From Candidatus Anderseniibacteriota bacterium (GTDB lineage: Bacteria; Patescibacteriota; Andersenbacteria; UBA10190): a stretch of DNA of 64,000 nucleotides. The stretch is taken from assembly GCA_040876835.1 (NCBI GenBank), contig JBBDOX010000007.1:7916-71915 (forward strand). The letters run 5' to 3'. Positions within the stretch are counted from its first letter, which is position 1, and each line of letters opens with the position of its first letter. The notes below the pieces were generated by a model. It did not search any database. It was not told the DNA's origin and saw nothing but the letters and a program-made list of their open reading frames with translations. Of the stretch, positions 46,432-55,730 are shown in pieces. The translations under genes and the position numbers were made by a program.

Positions 46432-47456
46432 CAAATACATCAGTTGAGGGCGCTCGAGTAGTAGTATTGGGTGGAGGAAACGGAACCTCCCGTTTACTGC
46501 AAGGGCTTATGCCTTTATTAGAGGAGGGGCAAATTGCTTCGCTTCATGCGTTAGTGCAAATGGCTGACGACGGAGGATCAACTGGCAGGCTGCGAGAACA
46601 ATATGAAGTAGGGGCGATGGGAGATTTATCTAAGTGTATGCTGGCTTTATCGGGCTTACGTGGAGATATCCGAGGAGAAAAATTCCTAAAAGCCCTTGAA
46701 TATAGGTTTTCAGATGGGGATTTCAAAGGGCATACCTTGCGCAATGCGTTGTTGGCAGCGCTTGAACTGACAAGCGATCTCGATAGTGCAATCGCTACAT
46801 TTGCCCGTGTATTGCAGATCCCCAAATATGCAGGCGTGGTTCCCACCACTCTGGTACCGTTAACGCAACAGGTGAAACGAGGGCAGGAAGTACTTGGCGA
46901 AGGCGAGCATTTTATTGCCCATAACGTTGATATGCAGAAACAAGGCGAGCAGCCAGGGGATGTTAAGGCAGCTTTTAAAGAAAAGGATATCTCACTTAAT
47001 CCCCGAGCTAGGAACGTTTTATCGAATGCCACACACATTATCGTAGCTCCCGGTCATACCTACGGCACGATTCTGCCGGCCTTGGCGTCACTACAAATAG
47101 ATTCCAATTTTGCCTTTAAAGAGTTGCAGGCTCATATTCTGGTTGTAATGACGCTTTTGACAACCCCTAGACAGACTGAGGACTGGAGTGGAGAAGATTT
47201 TGTAACGGTGTATGAGGAGTGTTTAGGACGACCAGTCGATACAGTTATTGCCAATACTGGGCGTGCAAGCGTAAGTATGGTGGAAGGACAGGAGTGGGTG
47301 ACTTTTGAAGAGCAGACACATCCTTACCAGCTAATCAAGGCAGATTTAGTTGATACAGAACGACAGGTATCTCCGGCAGGGGACATGGTACCGCGCGCCA
47401 TTGTTATTCACGATGCAGCCAAGATCCAACAAATTCTTACCCCTCTTCTAATTTAA
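46422..47456 (+). CDS. yvcK: YvcK/GlmR (CofD-like) UDP-GlcNAc-binding protein
   Basis: VVLGGGNG, MADDGGSTGRLR, GDL.KC, YRF..G...GH...N, APG..Y.TILP, IHD..K. Confidence 0.85.
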   Translation: MAVANTSVEGARVVVLGGGNGTSRLLQGLMPLLEEGQIASLHALVQMADDGGSTGRLREQYEVGAMGDLSKCMLALSGLRGDIRGEKFLKALEYRFSDGDFKGHTLRNALLAALELTSDLDSAIATFARVLQIPKYAGVVPTTLVPLTQQVKRGQEVLGEGEHFIAHNVDMQKQGEQPGDVKAAFKEKDISLNPRARNVLSNATHIIVAPGHTYGTILPALASLQIDSNFAFKELQAHILVVMTLLTTPRQTEDWSGEDFVTVYEECLGRPVDTVIANTGRASVSMVEGQEWVTFEEQTHPYQLIKADLVDTERQVSPAGDMVPRAIVIHDAAKIQQILTPLLI

Positions 47457-47497
47457 ATACACTCACAGATTACCGATCATGTGTCATACTAAGGAGC

Positions 47498-49177
47498 ATG
47501 GTTGTGAATTCCAATACAGGTGAAGATATAGGCGAAGAGTTGTCGGCACGTCTACACCGACTAGAATATGAACAGCAGGAAAGGCTTGCTCAGCATCGAG
47601 CTGAGCAAGCTCAGTTGCCGTACCTTAGCCTGGTAATATTTCCTATCAATTCTGAGGTAGTGGAGATGATACCTAAATCACAGGCTGAGGCTGCTGGAGC
47701 AGTACTGTTTTATAAGCAAGGACAGGATATTCGTTTGGGGGTTGTGAATCCAGGAACGGCGGCCGTAGAAGAGATAGTGCAGTATTTAACCCAGCGCTTT
47801 GGTATTCCTCCTCAGCTATATGTTATATCTCATCGCAGTTTAATAAGTGTTTTGGCGCGGTACCGTCGTGAGCACGAGGAGGAAGTAGTGCCACAGGGCG
47901 AAGTTCGAATTGCTCAGGAGGAAGTTGCAGCCTTCGAAGAAGTGCTACAGAATTTGGAGGATCTCGGTCGCCGGATTACATCTTTGCCACCAACGGAAAT
48001 TCTTAACACGATCGTTGTTGGGGCTGTCAAAGTAGGAGCGTCTGATATCCATATTGAACCCCATGAGAAAGATGCACGCTTGAGGTTTCGTATTGATGGA
48101 GTGCTGCAGGACGTGACTTCATTCGATCGCGAGGGATGGTCGCTGCTCTTGTCGCGTGTAAAGGTCCTTGCCCAGCTTAAACTCAATGTGCGTGACGTGC
48201 CCCAGGATGGCAGTTTTGTACTGCGCGTGGCGGAAGAAGTGTATGACATGCGCTTGTCGGTGCTCCCCGGTGGATATGGTGAAAACATCGTGGTTCGAGT
48301 CTTGGATCGGAAAAGTCAGGCAGTTCGAATAACCGATTTAGGAATGAAAGATCGTGATTTTAATTTAGTTAAACAAGAGCTTAGAAAAGTAAACGGAATG
48401 ATACTAGTGACTGGTCCTACGGGGTCAGGGAAAACGACAACCCTAGCTTCATTTATATCCGAGGTTAACAAGCCCGAACTGAAGGTCATTACTTTAGAGG
48501 ATCCAATTGAGTATCGCTTGGCGGGAGTAGAGCAGACGCAGATTGACGTGGATGCCGGCTATACATTTGCCAAGGGCCTACGATCTATTTTGCGTCAAGA
48601 TCCTGACATTATCATGATTGGGGAGATGCGCGACACAGAGACGGCGGAAACAGCTGTTCACGCTGCCTTAACCGGACATTTGGTTTTCTCCACTTTGCAT
48701 ACCAACAACGCAGCAGGTGCTATCCCGCGTCTGGTTGATATTGGGATTAAGCCGTTTGTATTGGGGCCAGCTCTTAATATGGTTATTGCCCAACGCTTGG
48801 TGCGAGTAGTGTGCTTACAGTGTGCACAAGAGTATGTTCCCGGTAATGACGAACGAGAAAGCATCCGAAATGTTATGCGGGGAATACGGAAAGATATCTT
48901 CGACCCAGCAGTCCTTGATAACAAGACCCTGACTTTTAAAAAGGCCGTGGGCTGTGCAGCTTGCGGTAAGACAGGGTATAAAGGCCGAAAAGGTGTATTC
49001 GAAATTTTCTCTATTGAAGGCAGTATGGAGGAACTAGTACTCCAAGGCGCTGATGCTGGGCATATTCAGGAAGAGGCGCTTAAGCAGGGTATGACAACTA
49101 TTGCTCAGGATGGATACTTAAAAGTTATTGAGCATATCACTACTACTGAAGAAGTCGCACGTATTTCAGAAGAATAA
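47498..49177 (+). CDS. pilB: Type IV pilus assembly ATPase PilB/GspE family
   Basis: ASDIHIEP, RFRIDGVL, PQDG, TGPTGSGKTT, TLEDPIEY, LRQDPD, GEMRD, TGHLVFSTLHTN, two CxxC. Confidence 0.9.
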   Translation: MVVNSNTGEDIGEELSARLHRLEYEQQERLAQHRAEQAQLPYLSLVIFPINSEVVEMIPKSQAEAAGAVLFYKQGQDIRLGVVNPGTAAVEEIVQYLTQRFGIPPQLYVISHRSLISVLARYRREHEEEVVPQGEVRIAQEEVAAFEEVLQNLEDLGRRITSLPPTEILNTIVVGAVKVGASDIHIEPHEKDARLRFRIDGVLQDVTSFDREGWSLLLSRVKVLAQLKLNVRDVPQDGSFVLRVAEEVYDMRLSVLPGGYGENIVVRVLDRKSQAVRITDLGMKDRDFNLVKQELRKVNGMILVTGPTGSGKTTTLASFISEVNKPELKVITLEDPIEYRLAGVEQTQIDVDAGYTFAKGLRSILRQDPDIIMIGEMRDTETAETAVHAALTGHLVFSTLHTNNAAGAIPRLVDIGIKPFVLGPALNMVIAQRLVRVVCLQCAQEYVPGNDERESIRNVMRGIRKDIFDPAVLDNKTLTFKKAVGCAACGKTGYKGRKGVFEIFSIEGSMEELVLQGADAGHIQEEALKQGMTTIAQDGYLKVIEHITTTEEVARISEE

Positions 49178-49203
49178 AAAAGAGATCGCGGGTTGCGCGA
49201 TCT
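49176..49203. terminator. Intrinsic terminator between convergent genes
   Basis: AGATCGCG-ggttg-CGCGATCT with an A-run on the left. Confidence 0.65.
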
Positions 49204-49218
49204 GGGTGGGTGAGAGGA

Positions 49219-49365
49219 TTATCGAGCAGGTTCAGCAGGAACCAGCACCTTTTCGTGCTTCTCCTTATCGAACTCCGGGCCTCCCTCGGCAGTCATTCTG
49301 CCCTTCGCCTCTTCCTCTGCCCTCTGCTCCTCTTCTTGAGTGTTGTGGCTAGTATGGTCGCGCAC
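49219..49365 (-). CDS. Small (48 aa) charged orphan protein
   Basis: Strong SD AAGGAGGT 5 nt before GTG; promoter TTGCAG-18-TATAGT upstream; terminator downstream. Confidence 0.55.
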   Translation of the reverse strand: MRDHTSHNTQEEEQRAEEEAKGRMTAEGGPEFDKEKHEKVLVPAEPAR

Positions 49366-49437
49366 GGCGCACCTCCTTGTACTGAAAGGACGTAAGCAGA
49401 ATATCACTATAAATCAGCCCGCTTGGACTCTGCAAGC

Positions 49438-50577
49438 TTACGGCAGGATTGATCGAACTCGTCCTAGTGTTATTTGTTCTGCCTCGTTCAGGGATGCTGC
49501 CTGCAGAGTGAAAGTTAAAGCCCCGTTTTCCTTTTGGGCCTCGAGTTGTTCCTGAATCTCTCGCTTTCTCTTGATGAGTCCTTTACCAACCAAGACATAC
49601 ACCCGATACGCACCCGGATCAGTTTCGTGGAGTAAAAAGGCGACGTTGTAGCCCGAAATATTATTAGTTAGCTCATGCATTGCCTCGGGGATATGTTCGG
49701 GGGTAGCGCCGCTCTCCTGGAAATCAGTTGAACGTAACAGGCTCCAGAAGAGTTTTCCGTGTTCGTCGTGTCGCAGGCGAGCGTATAGGCGGCCGGTGAG
49801 TTTTAATAAGTAAAGAGGCTTAGTTTTGACCAGGTTTTGAATCACGGTTTCCTTGTCAGCCTCCTGTTCCATCAATTTAGCGGCTATTTCAAATGCATGC
49901 GGGTTGGTTGACGGTTTTTGAAACGATTCGGTAGCTCCAACAATTCCTGCATACAGCGCAGTAGCAATATTCCCTCCAATGGTGACCTCAGGCATCTCGG
50001 TAACGAGCTCGTAGACAATTTCTGCTATAGAAGAGCGAGTGATATCGATTAGGTTGACCATCCCAAAGTGCTCATTATCAGCGCGATGGTCAATATTGAT
50101 GACAGGGATGTTGTAGAAAAAATCTGCGTGATTAGTAAAAAGATCCCCCAACGTTTCTAAATCTGAGGCTCCGCATATAACAACTGCGTCGTATGCCATC
50201 TGCCGTACGTGGACTTCAATGTCGTCCTTATTTAAAACAGAGCCGGCAGGTAGGGTGAGGTGCAGGCGAAGCCCTCCTGTGAGAGTTTCGGTACGAGTAT
50301 CGGCAATGAGTTCCGGTCCGGCAATGTCTAAGACAATTTCTGGAGTGATATTAGGCTGTGTTTGAACCTGAGAAGATCCTGGAAGGAACTGGAGGTGTGC
50401 GGGGACGTGGGAAGAGCTAACGGCGTCTATGGTGCCTTTGTGGGACTCCAGCAAGGCAAGATAAAGAGCAACCATGGAGGAAAAAGCGTCTGTCGTAGGT
50501 TTCTCTGGGACCAGGAGTAGAACGCTTGTGGCTTTCTGGAGAACATGAATTGCTTGTTGAGTTTCGGCCAAGGCCAT
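49438..50577 (-). CDS. Degenerate DHH-family (NrnA-like) protein
   Basis: DHH fold landmarks present but altered: PEKPTTDA, INIDHRADN, GIVGATESF. Confidence 0.7.
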   Translation of the reverse strand: MALAETQQAIHVLQKATSVLLLVPEKPTTDAFSSMVALYLALLESHKGTIDAVSSSHVPAHLQFLPGSSQVQTQPNITPEIVLDIAGPELIADTRTETLTGGLRLHLTLPAGSVLNKDDIEVHVRQMAYDAVVICGASDLETLGDLFTNHADFFYNIPVINIDHRADNEHFGMVNLIDITRSSIAEIVYELVTEMPEVTIGGNIATALYAGIVGATESFQKPSTNPHAFEIAAKLMEQEADKETVIQNLVKTKPLYLLKLTGRLYARLRHDEHGKLFWSLLRSTDFQESGATPEHIPEAMHELTNNISGYNVAFLLHETDPGAYRVYVLVGKGLIKRKREIQEQLEAQKENGALTFTLQAASLNEAEQITLGRVRSILP

Positions 50578-50682
50578 GGGCAAACGTTATTATATGTGAA
50601 AATCTAACCATTCTATCGCCTGGAGAAAGGAAAAGAAAGTGTGAATATGTGGACAAGAGCGGAAAGCGACAGCAGGCACTAG

Positions 50683-51135
50683 TTATGTGACCTGTTTGAA
50701 GCCAAATTTGCTATAGAATGCTGGCAACTGCCCATTATTTTTATCTGGATCGCAATTGAGAATTACCCACTCTATCTGCTGAATTTTGGCTTCCGTCATG
50801 ATGCGATTCATAATGGCAGATCCAACGCCTTTCCCTTGTTTAGCGGGGTCAGTCATGACGTATTCTATAAGCCACTTACGGCCGACTTCTATCACAAAAG
50901 CTGATGCAATGTAGTGCCCATCTTCGTTTGTTGCTACTGCAAACCAGGTCGCGTGTTGTACGACGCGCTGGTATTTTCCGTGAGTGTTAAATGATTGCCA
51001 TAATACACTGTCGTGTACTTTCACGAGTTCTTCTTGTTGCCAGAAATCTACAGCTGATAGCCATTGCATCTGAGTCGACAATGGTTGCTTGGTGTACTGA
51101 CTAGGATTTGCCACCATTAAAATATCTTGAGACAT
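50683..51135 (-). CDS. GNAT N-acetyltransferase (C-half resembles GNA1)
   Basis: Motif A IEYVMTDPAKQGKGVG; VILNCD...FYSKFGF. Confidence 0.8.
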   Translation of the reverse strand: MSQDILMVANPSQYTKQPLSTQMQWLSAVDFWQQEELVKVHDSVLWQSFNTHGKYQRVVQHATWFAVATNEDGHYIASAFVIEVGRKWLIEYVMTDPAKQGKGVGSAIMNRIMTEAKIQQIEWVILNCDPDKNNGQLPAFYSKFGFKQVT

Positions 51136-51140
51136 ATTCT

Positions 51141-51839
51141 TTAGTTTAATCTTCGGTAACTTTTTGTTTCCTTCAATTCTTCTACAACGTGAGCTGCTGC
51201 ACCAACCATTCGAGAAATCACAAAAAGCGCCTTTCCGTAAGCGGGATCAAGCTTAACTTCTAGCATGCCAGCGGCCATAGCTCCATCCACGTTAAGGGGG
51301 AGTTTTTTGCCTTTCTTCTCTCTAAACTGCTCCTCAATTTTGTAGGCTTTTTCAAAGAAGAGACAAGAGAATCCAAGTGCTTGCGCTTTGCTGTATAAAG
51401 CGGTTGCTCGAGGATCTTCCTCTTTATAAACTTTATGCCCTAGTCCTGGAATAATTTGTTTCTGTTCCAATCGTTCAGCCACAATTTCCTCAGCCGACTT
51501 ATCATTGGCGATCATTCTAGCAGCGGCTTCAATAGCGCCGCCGTGTTTTTCACCAACGGTCAGAGCACTAGCTGCCAAGGCAACATTCATAGCATTACCT
51601 GTGCTGGTCACAACCCGTGGTACAAAAATCGATGGAGCTTCAATACCATGCTCTACTGTAGCAATCATCATTGCTTCAAGGAGCATTTTCTCGTTCTGTG
51701 TTGGTAAATCTTCTCGCCATAGCAAAAACAGCGTGTCAGTAAGTGAATGCTGCTTGATGAGATCAACTATTCGATGTCCACGAATACTATGCTGGCCATC
51801 CTCGTTACTGCTAATAGAAGTTTCAATATCGAGTGTCAT
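51141..51839 (-). CDS. Citryl-CoA lyase (citrate-synthase fold)
   Basis: IRG....DLI, EHG...PS, G.KHGGAIE, IPGLGHKVY...DPR, LNVDGA.A, R..G..AH..EE; short 232 aa form. Confidence 0.85.
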   Translation of the reverse strand: MTLDIETSISSNEDGQHSIRGHRIVDLIKQHSLTDTLFLLWREDLPTQNEKMLLEAMMIATVEHGIEAPSIFVPRVVTSTGNAMNVALAASALTVGEKHGGAIEAAARMIANDKSAEEIVAERLEQKQIIPGLGHKVYKEEDPRATALYSKAQALGFSCLFFEKAYKIEEQFREKKGKKLPLNVDGAMAAGMLEVKLDPAYGKALFVISRMVGAAAHVVEELKETKSYRRLN

Positions 51840-52735
51840 AAAACCTTTTTTAATAATACAGGAATATCTTCAGGGGTTGTGGCGATTTGAACGCCAGCTT
51901 TCTTGAGAGCATTAATCTTGGATTTGGCGGATCCTTTCCCTTTGCTTACGATGGCACCGGCGTGGCCAAGTACCGTGCCTTGAGGAAGGCTACGAGAAAA
52001 ATCCCCGGCGATTAAGGCAACTATGGGTTTGGTAATTTCTTTTTTTAGGATGGCGTCAGCTAGTTCTTCTTCGTAGGTTCCTCCAACCTCTCCAAATACA
52101 ACTATGGCTTTAGTTTGGCTATCCTTCTCGAACAGATGGGCACAGTCCACAAAAGTTGTTCCTAGTAATACGTCACCTCCGATTCCGATGGCAGTACTTT
52201 GACCGAGACCGGCGGCGGTAATGATACGAGAAAGTTCCGCAGTCATACCACCGCTTTTAGAGATAATCCCGATTGCTCCTTTCTTAAATACGCGATCCAC
52301 GAGCTCAGAGGCACCTATGGCTCCAATTTTAGCTTTGGCTGGGGATATAATCCCAACCGAACTTGGACCTACTACCCGTACATTTCGTTCTTTGCCCAAA
52401 GCAATAACTTTAGCCACGTCAGCTACGGGGATTTTTTCGGTGAGTATATTTACCAAAGGAATGTCGTTCCAGATTGCTTCCATGGCAGCATCCGCTGCAA
52501 ATTGAGCGGGGACAGCAACTAGGCTGGTGTTAACAGTTGGATGGTAGTGAAGCGCCTCTTTAATAGAATTATAAACCGGAATTCCATGTTTGGTCTTTTG
52601 CCCTCCCTTGCCTGGAGTTACACCCGCAACAACGGCAGTTTTGTAGTGCAGCATCTCAGATGCGGCACGGGATCCTTCATGGCCGGTAATGCCTTGAATC
52701 AAAGAAATGGTATTTTGGTCGACAAGAATACTCAT
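51836..52735 (-). CDS. Citryl-CoA synthetase small subunit / SucD-like CoA-binding subunit
   Basis: QGITG, AGVTPGKGG, GP.S.GII, SKSGG, IGIGGD, GEVGG, GHAGA phospho-His loop. Confidence 0.85.
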   Translation of the reverse strand: MSILVDQNTISLIQGITGHEGSRAASEMLHYKTAVVAGVTPGKGGQKTKHGIPVYNSIKEALHYHPTVNTSLVAVPAQFAADAAMEAIWNDIPLVNILTEKIPVADVAKVIALGKERNVRVVGPSSVGIISPAKAKIGAIGASELVDRVFKKGAIGIISKSGGMTAELSRIITAAGLGQSTAIGIGGDVLLGTTFVDCAHLFEKDSQTKAIVVFGEVGGTYEEELADAILKKEITKPIVALIAGDFSRSLPQGTVLGHAGAIVSKGKGSAKSKINALKKAGVQIATTPEDIPVLLKKVL

Positions 52736-52737
52736 AG

Positions 52738-53805
52738 TTATTTCTTATGATAGGCAAGTTTAACAATAGTGGCAGCAGATTCACTCATGGGTGTATCAGG
52801 GCCAAATAGATGAAAATCAAAACCCTCTTTTTTGGCTACTTCTTCTAACATGGCAAAGGCTTCTTTCTGACGTGGTCCGTCACGACGAATAACGATAGGG
52901 TATAGAGGCTTTGGTTTGACTGAGCGAAGACCCTCTACAAACCCCAACAATGTCTCATAAATATCAGTGAAATTTGCCGTACCCCCCACTACCCAGCAAC
53001 CCTTCAGGTTAGGCTGGCTTAATACTTGTTTTGTTAGAGCACGAACTACACCAGACTTTGGGTTGCCAGAGTATTCAACATAATTAGCTGGTTTGCCACC
53101 TACTTTCATCAGCGCATCAAGATTAATCATAGAGGCTCCGCCTCCGGAAGCTAGAACGGCAATATCACCCCCGAGCTCTACGTATGGACGTGCTTCAGGG
53201 GTAACTACGTGATCATCAAGGACGATCTTGGCGTCTCCGGCAACGAAACTACCATCTTGAAGTTCAAAAAGAGGGTTTATTTCTACCAGCAGAGCTTTTT
53301 CAGAAATAAAGAGCCTCCACATGTTTTGTAGAATGGTGATTAGCGTTGGGTTTGGAGCAAGGTCGGCTGCTATTAAAGCCTGGCGAGCAAGAAAATCAGG
53401 TAGACCAACAAATATGTTCAGAGTGGTTAGCTGTGCCTTTGCTGTGCCACTTCCTCCTTTTGCATTTATTGCCAGGACGGGACTGCGAGTACTGGTATCA
53501 TAACTTAGACTCATATATCGTTCTGCTTTGGCTGTAACTGCCTGCTCCACCAAGAGGACTTGGGGAGTATGCCCATCGATAGGGGTATTCCAGATTTTCT
53601 GGGCCGCTGAAGCAAAATCAGCTTTCTTTTGCACTAATTTGATACCTCCTTTACGTCCTCGATCACCCACTGGAACTTGAGATTTAATAATGGCCGGAAC
53701 GGCAATAGGACAGCTTTTGGTTCGAGGTGTAATAAGTTTCCTCTTAGGAATAGGGATACTGTATTTAACGAATAATGCTTTTCCTTCGTGTTCTAGTAGG
53801 TTCAT
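52738..53805 (-). CDS. ATP-citrate lyase beta-like / citryl-CoA synthetase large subunit (ATP-grasp + citrate-binding domain)
   Basis: EHEGK, KSQV..G.RG..GGI, EINPL, DAK; ACL-type GGGAS, ANYVEYSGNP, GGTANFTDI, RRDGP. Confidence 0.82.
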   Translation of the reverse strand: MNLLEHEGKALFVKYSIPIPKRKLITPRTKSCPIAVPAIIKSQVPVGDRGRKGGIKLVQKKADFASAAQKIWNTPIDGHTPQVLLVEQAVTAKAERYMSLSYDTSTRSPVLAINAKGGSGTAKAQLTTLNIFVGLPDFLARQALIAADLAPNPTLITILQNMWRLFISEKALLVEINPLFELQDGSFVAGDAKIVLDDHVVTPEARPYVELGGDIAVLASGGGASMINLDALMKVGGKPANYVEYSGNPKSGVVRALTKQVLSQPNLKGCWVVGGTANFTDIYETLLGFVEGLRSVKPKPLYPIVIRRDGPRQKEAFAMLEEVAKKEGFDFHLFGPDTPMSESAATIVKLAYHKK

Positions 53806-53819
53806 AGAAGGTCTTTACC

Positions 53820-55676
53820 TTACTCTACGGTAACGGATTTTGCCAAATTTCGCGGTTTGTCTACGTCGCAACCTCGCAAGATAGCCATGTGGTAGGCCAG
53901 GAGCTGTAAGGGAATTACAGTTAGTAAAGGTTGAAGAAAGTCATCAACGTGGGGGATTGAAATAATGTCATCAGCTTTCTTGGCAATCTGAGTATCTCCT
54001 TCACTAGCAATAGCGATAACTGGGCCCTTGCGGGCTTTTATCTCTTCTAAGTTATTCATCACCTTATCGTAGAGTGCACTCTTGGGGTTGATGACAACGC
54101 TAGGCGTATCTTCGTCTACTAGAGCAATGGGGCCATGCTTCATTTCTGCGGCAGGATAACCTTCAGCATGAATGTAGCTCACCTCTTTAAGCTTTAGGGC
54201 GCCTTCGAGAGCAACAGGAAAGTTGTAACCCCGACCAAGGTAGAGCATGTTGTGAACATCTTTGTACTTGAGAGCAATAGCCTTGATCTGCTCCTCGGTT
54301 TGTAAAGTTTTTTCTACAAGGGCAGGTATTTGCTCAAGTTTCTTGATCATTTTTGCACCCTCTGTGGCTGACAGGTTGTGTAAGCGGCCAAAATATATTC
54401 CTAGGAGAATCAAAATAGTCAGTTGGGAAGTGAACGCCTTAGTTGATGCCACTCCAATTTCAGGTCCTGCATGCAGATATATACCGCCCGTAGCCTCGCG
54501 AGCGATTGTACTACCCACAACGTTAACAATGCCCAGGGTAGGAATTTCTTTCCCTTTAAATTCTTGGAGAGCGGCTAGGGTATCAGCTGTTTCCCCTGAT
54601 TGGCTGATGCAGAAAAACAATGTGTTGTCCTCAATGGGGGAGTTGCGATATCGAAGCTCGCTGGCGTATTCAACCTCGACGGGTAGGCGGGAAAATTCCT
54701 CCAATAGGTATTCGCCAAAGAGGGCGGAATGCCAGCTGGTGCCACAGGCAGTAAAAATAACGCGCTTTATCTCGGCGAGCTCCTTTGAGTCCAAGTTTAA
54801 TCCGCCAAAACGGGCAGAGTCTCTGGTTTCGTTAACATGTCCTCGCATGGCATTGCGAATTGTCTGAGTCTGCTCGTGTATTTCTTTGTGCATGTAATGC
54901 TCAAAATCTCCTTTAGAGACGTCGTCAGGGGACCAAGTAATATCCTGGATGTTTGGCGTGACTGCGCCTCCCTTGAGCTGCCGGATGGTAAGGGAGGATG
55001 GGGTGGCAACCGCCACCTCTCCGTCTTTTAGGTAGACAACCTTGTTTGTATAGGGCAGGAGGGCGCTAGGGTCACTGGCGATATAGTGCTCCTCAAGACC
55101 TATTCCCAGTACCAGTGGACTACCCAACTTAGCACTAATGATGGTGTCGGGATGCTTGCTGTGCAGCACGGCGATACCGTAAGCCCCGGTAAGTTGTTTG
55201 ACGGCTGTCTCTACTGCTAGGACGAACAGTTCATCGAAGGGCGTGTTGTGTGCGCTTAGACGACCATACTCTTGGGCAATGAGGTGGGCAATGACTTCGG
55301 TGTCAGTGTCGCTTCGGAAGGTTATGCCAGCCTTTTTAAGATTTTCTCGCAGTTCATCATAGTTTTCGATTACTCCGTTATGAACAACAGCTACTTCATT
55401 ATTTAGGCTGACGTGGGGATGGGCATTAATGTCATTTGCGGGCCCGTGAGTAGCCCAGCGGGTATGGCTAATACCGCATGTGCCAGCTAAGCCAGTGCCC
55501 TGCAGTGCTGTTTCAAGGTCTGCTACACGGCCAGCCTTTTTACTTACCTGGATTGTTTGATTCTGAATGGTAGCGATTCCAGCACTGTCATATCCTCTAT
55601 ATTCAAGCTGCTTTAAGCCGGCCAGTAGTATGGGCTGCGCCTGTTTATGACCAACGTATCCAACGATACCGCACAT
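53820..55676 (-). CDS. glmS: Glutamine-fructose-6-phosphate aminotransferase
   Basis: MCGIVG, LEYRGYDSAG, HTRWATHG, HNGVIEN, SQSGETADT, VASTKAF, ALEGALKLKE, PRNLAKSVTVE. Confidence 0.98.
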   Translation of the reverse strand: MCGIVGYVGHKQAQPILLAGLKQLEYRGYDSAGIATIQNQTIQVSKKAGRVADLETALQGTGLAGTCGISHTRWATHGPANDINAHPHVSLNNEVAVVHNGVIENYDELRENLKKAGITFRSDTDTEVIAHLIAQEYGRLSAHNTPFDELFVLAVETAVKQLTGAYGIAVLHSKHPDTIISAKLGSPLVLGIGLEEHYIASDPSALLPYTNKVVYLKDGEVAVATPSSLTIRQLKGGAVTPNIQDITWSPDDVSKGDFEHYMHKEIHEQTQTIRNAMRGHVNETRDSARFGGLNLDSKELAEIKRVIFTACGTSWHSALFGEYLLEEFSRLPVEVEYASELRYRNSPIEDNTLFFCISQSGETADTLAALQEFKGKEIPTLGIVNVVGSTIAREATGGIYLHAGPEIGVASTKAFTSQLTILILLGIYFGRLHNLSATEGAKMIKKLEQIPALVEKTLQTEEQIKAIALKYKDVHNMLYLGRGYNFPVALEGALKLKEVSYIHAEGYPAAEMKHGPIALVDEDTPSVVINPKSALYDKVMNNLEEIKARKGPVIAIASEGDTQIAKKADDIISIPHVDDFLQPLLTVIPLQLLAYHMAILRGCDVDKPRNLAKSVTVE

Positions 55677-55730
55677 AGATATATAAGTATGTTGCTTGTC
55701 GCGCCTATCTGCTAGCCTTAGGCTTAACGT

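Noticed and set aside
51836-53805. Plain succinyl-CoA synthetase (sucCD)
   Set aside because: The large subunit has ACL-type citrate-binding motifs instead of NGAGL/NFLD, and a citryl-CoA lyase is translationally coupled.
54262-54867. Long antisense ORFs (this 201-aa one; also 566..1159, 5978..6484, 26137..26778, 46544..47038)
   Set aside because: They lie fully opposite well-conserved genes and have no motifs or start signals.
55677-55730. glmS ribozyme upstream of glmS
   Set aside because: Only 54 bp separate the divergent glmS and uppP starts, too short for the ribozyme.
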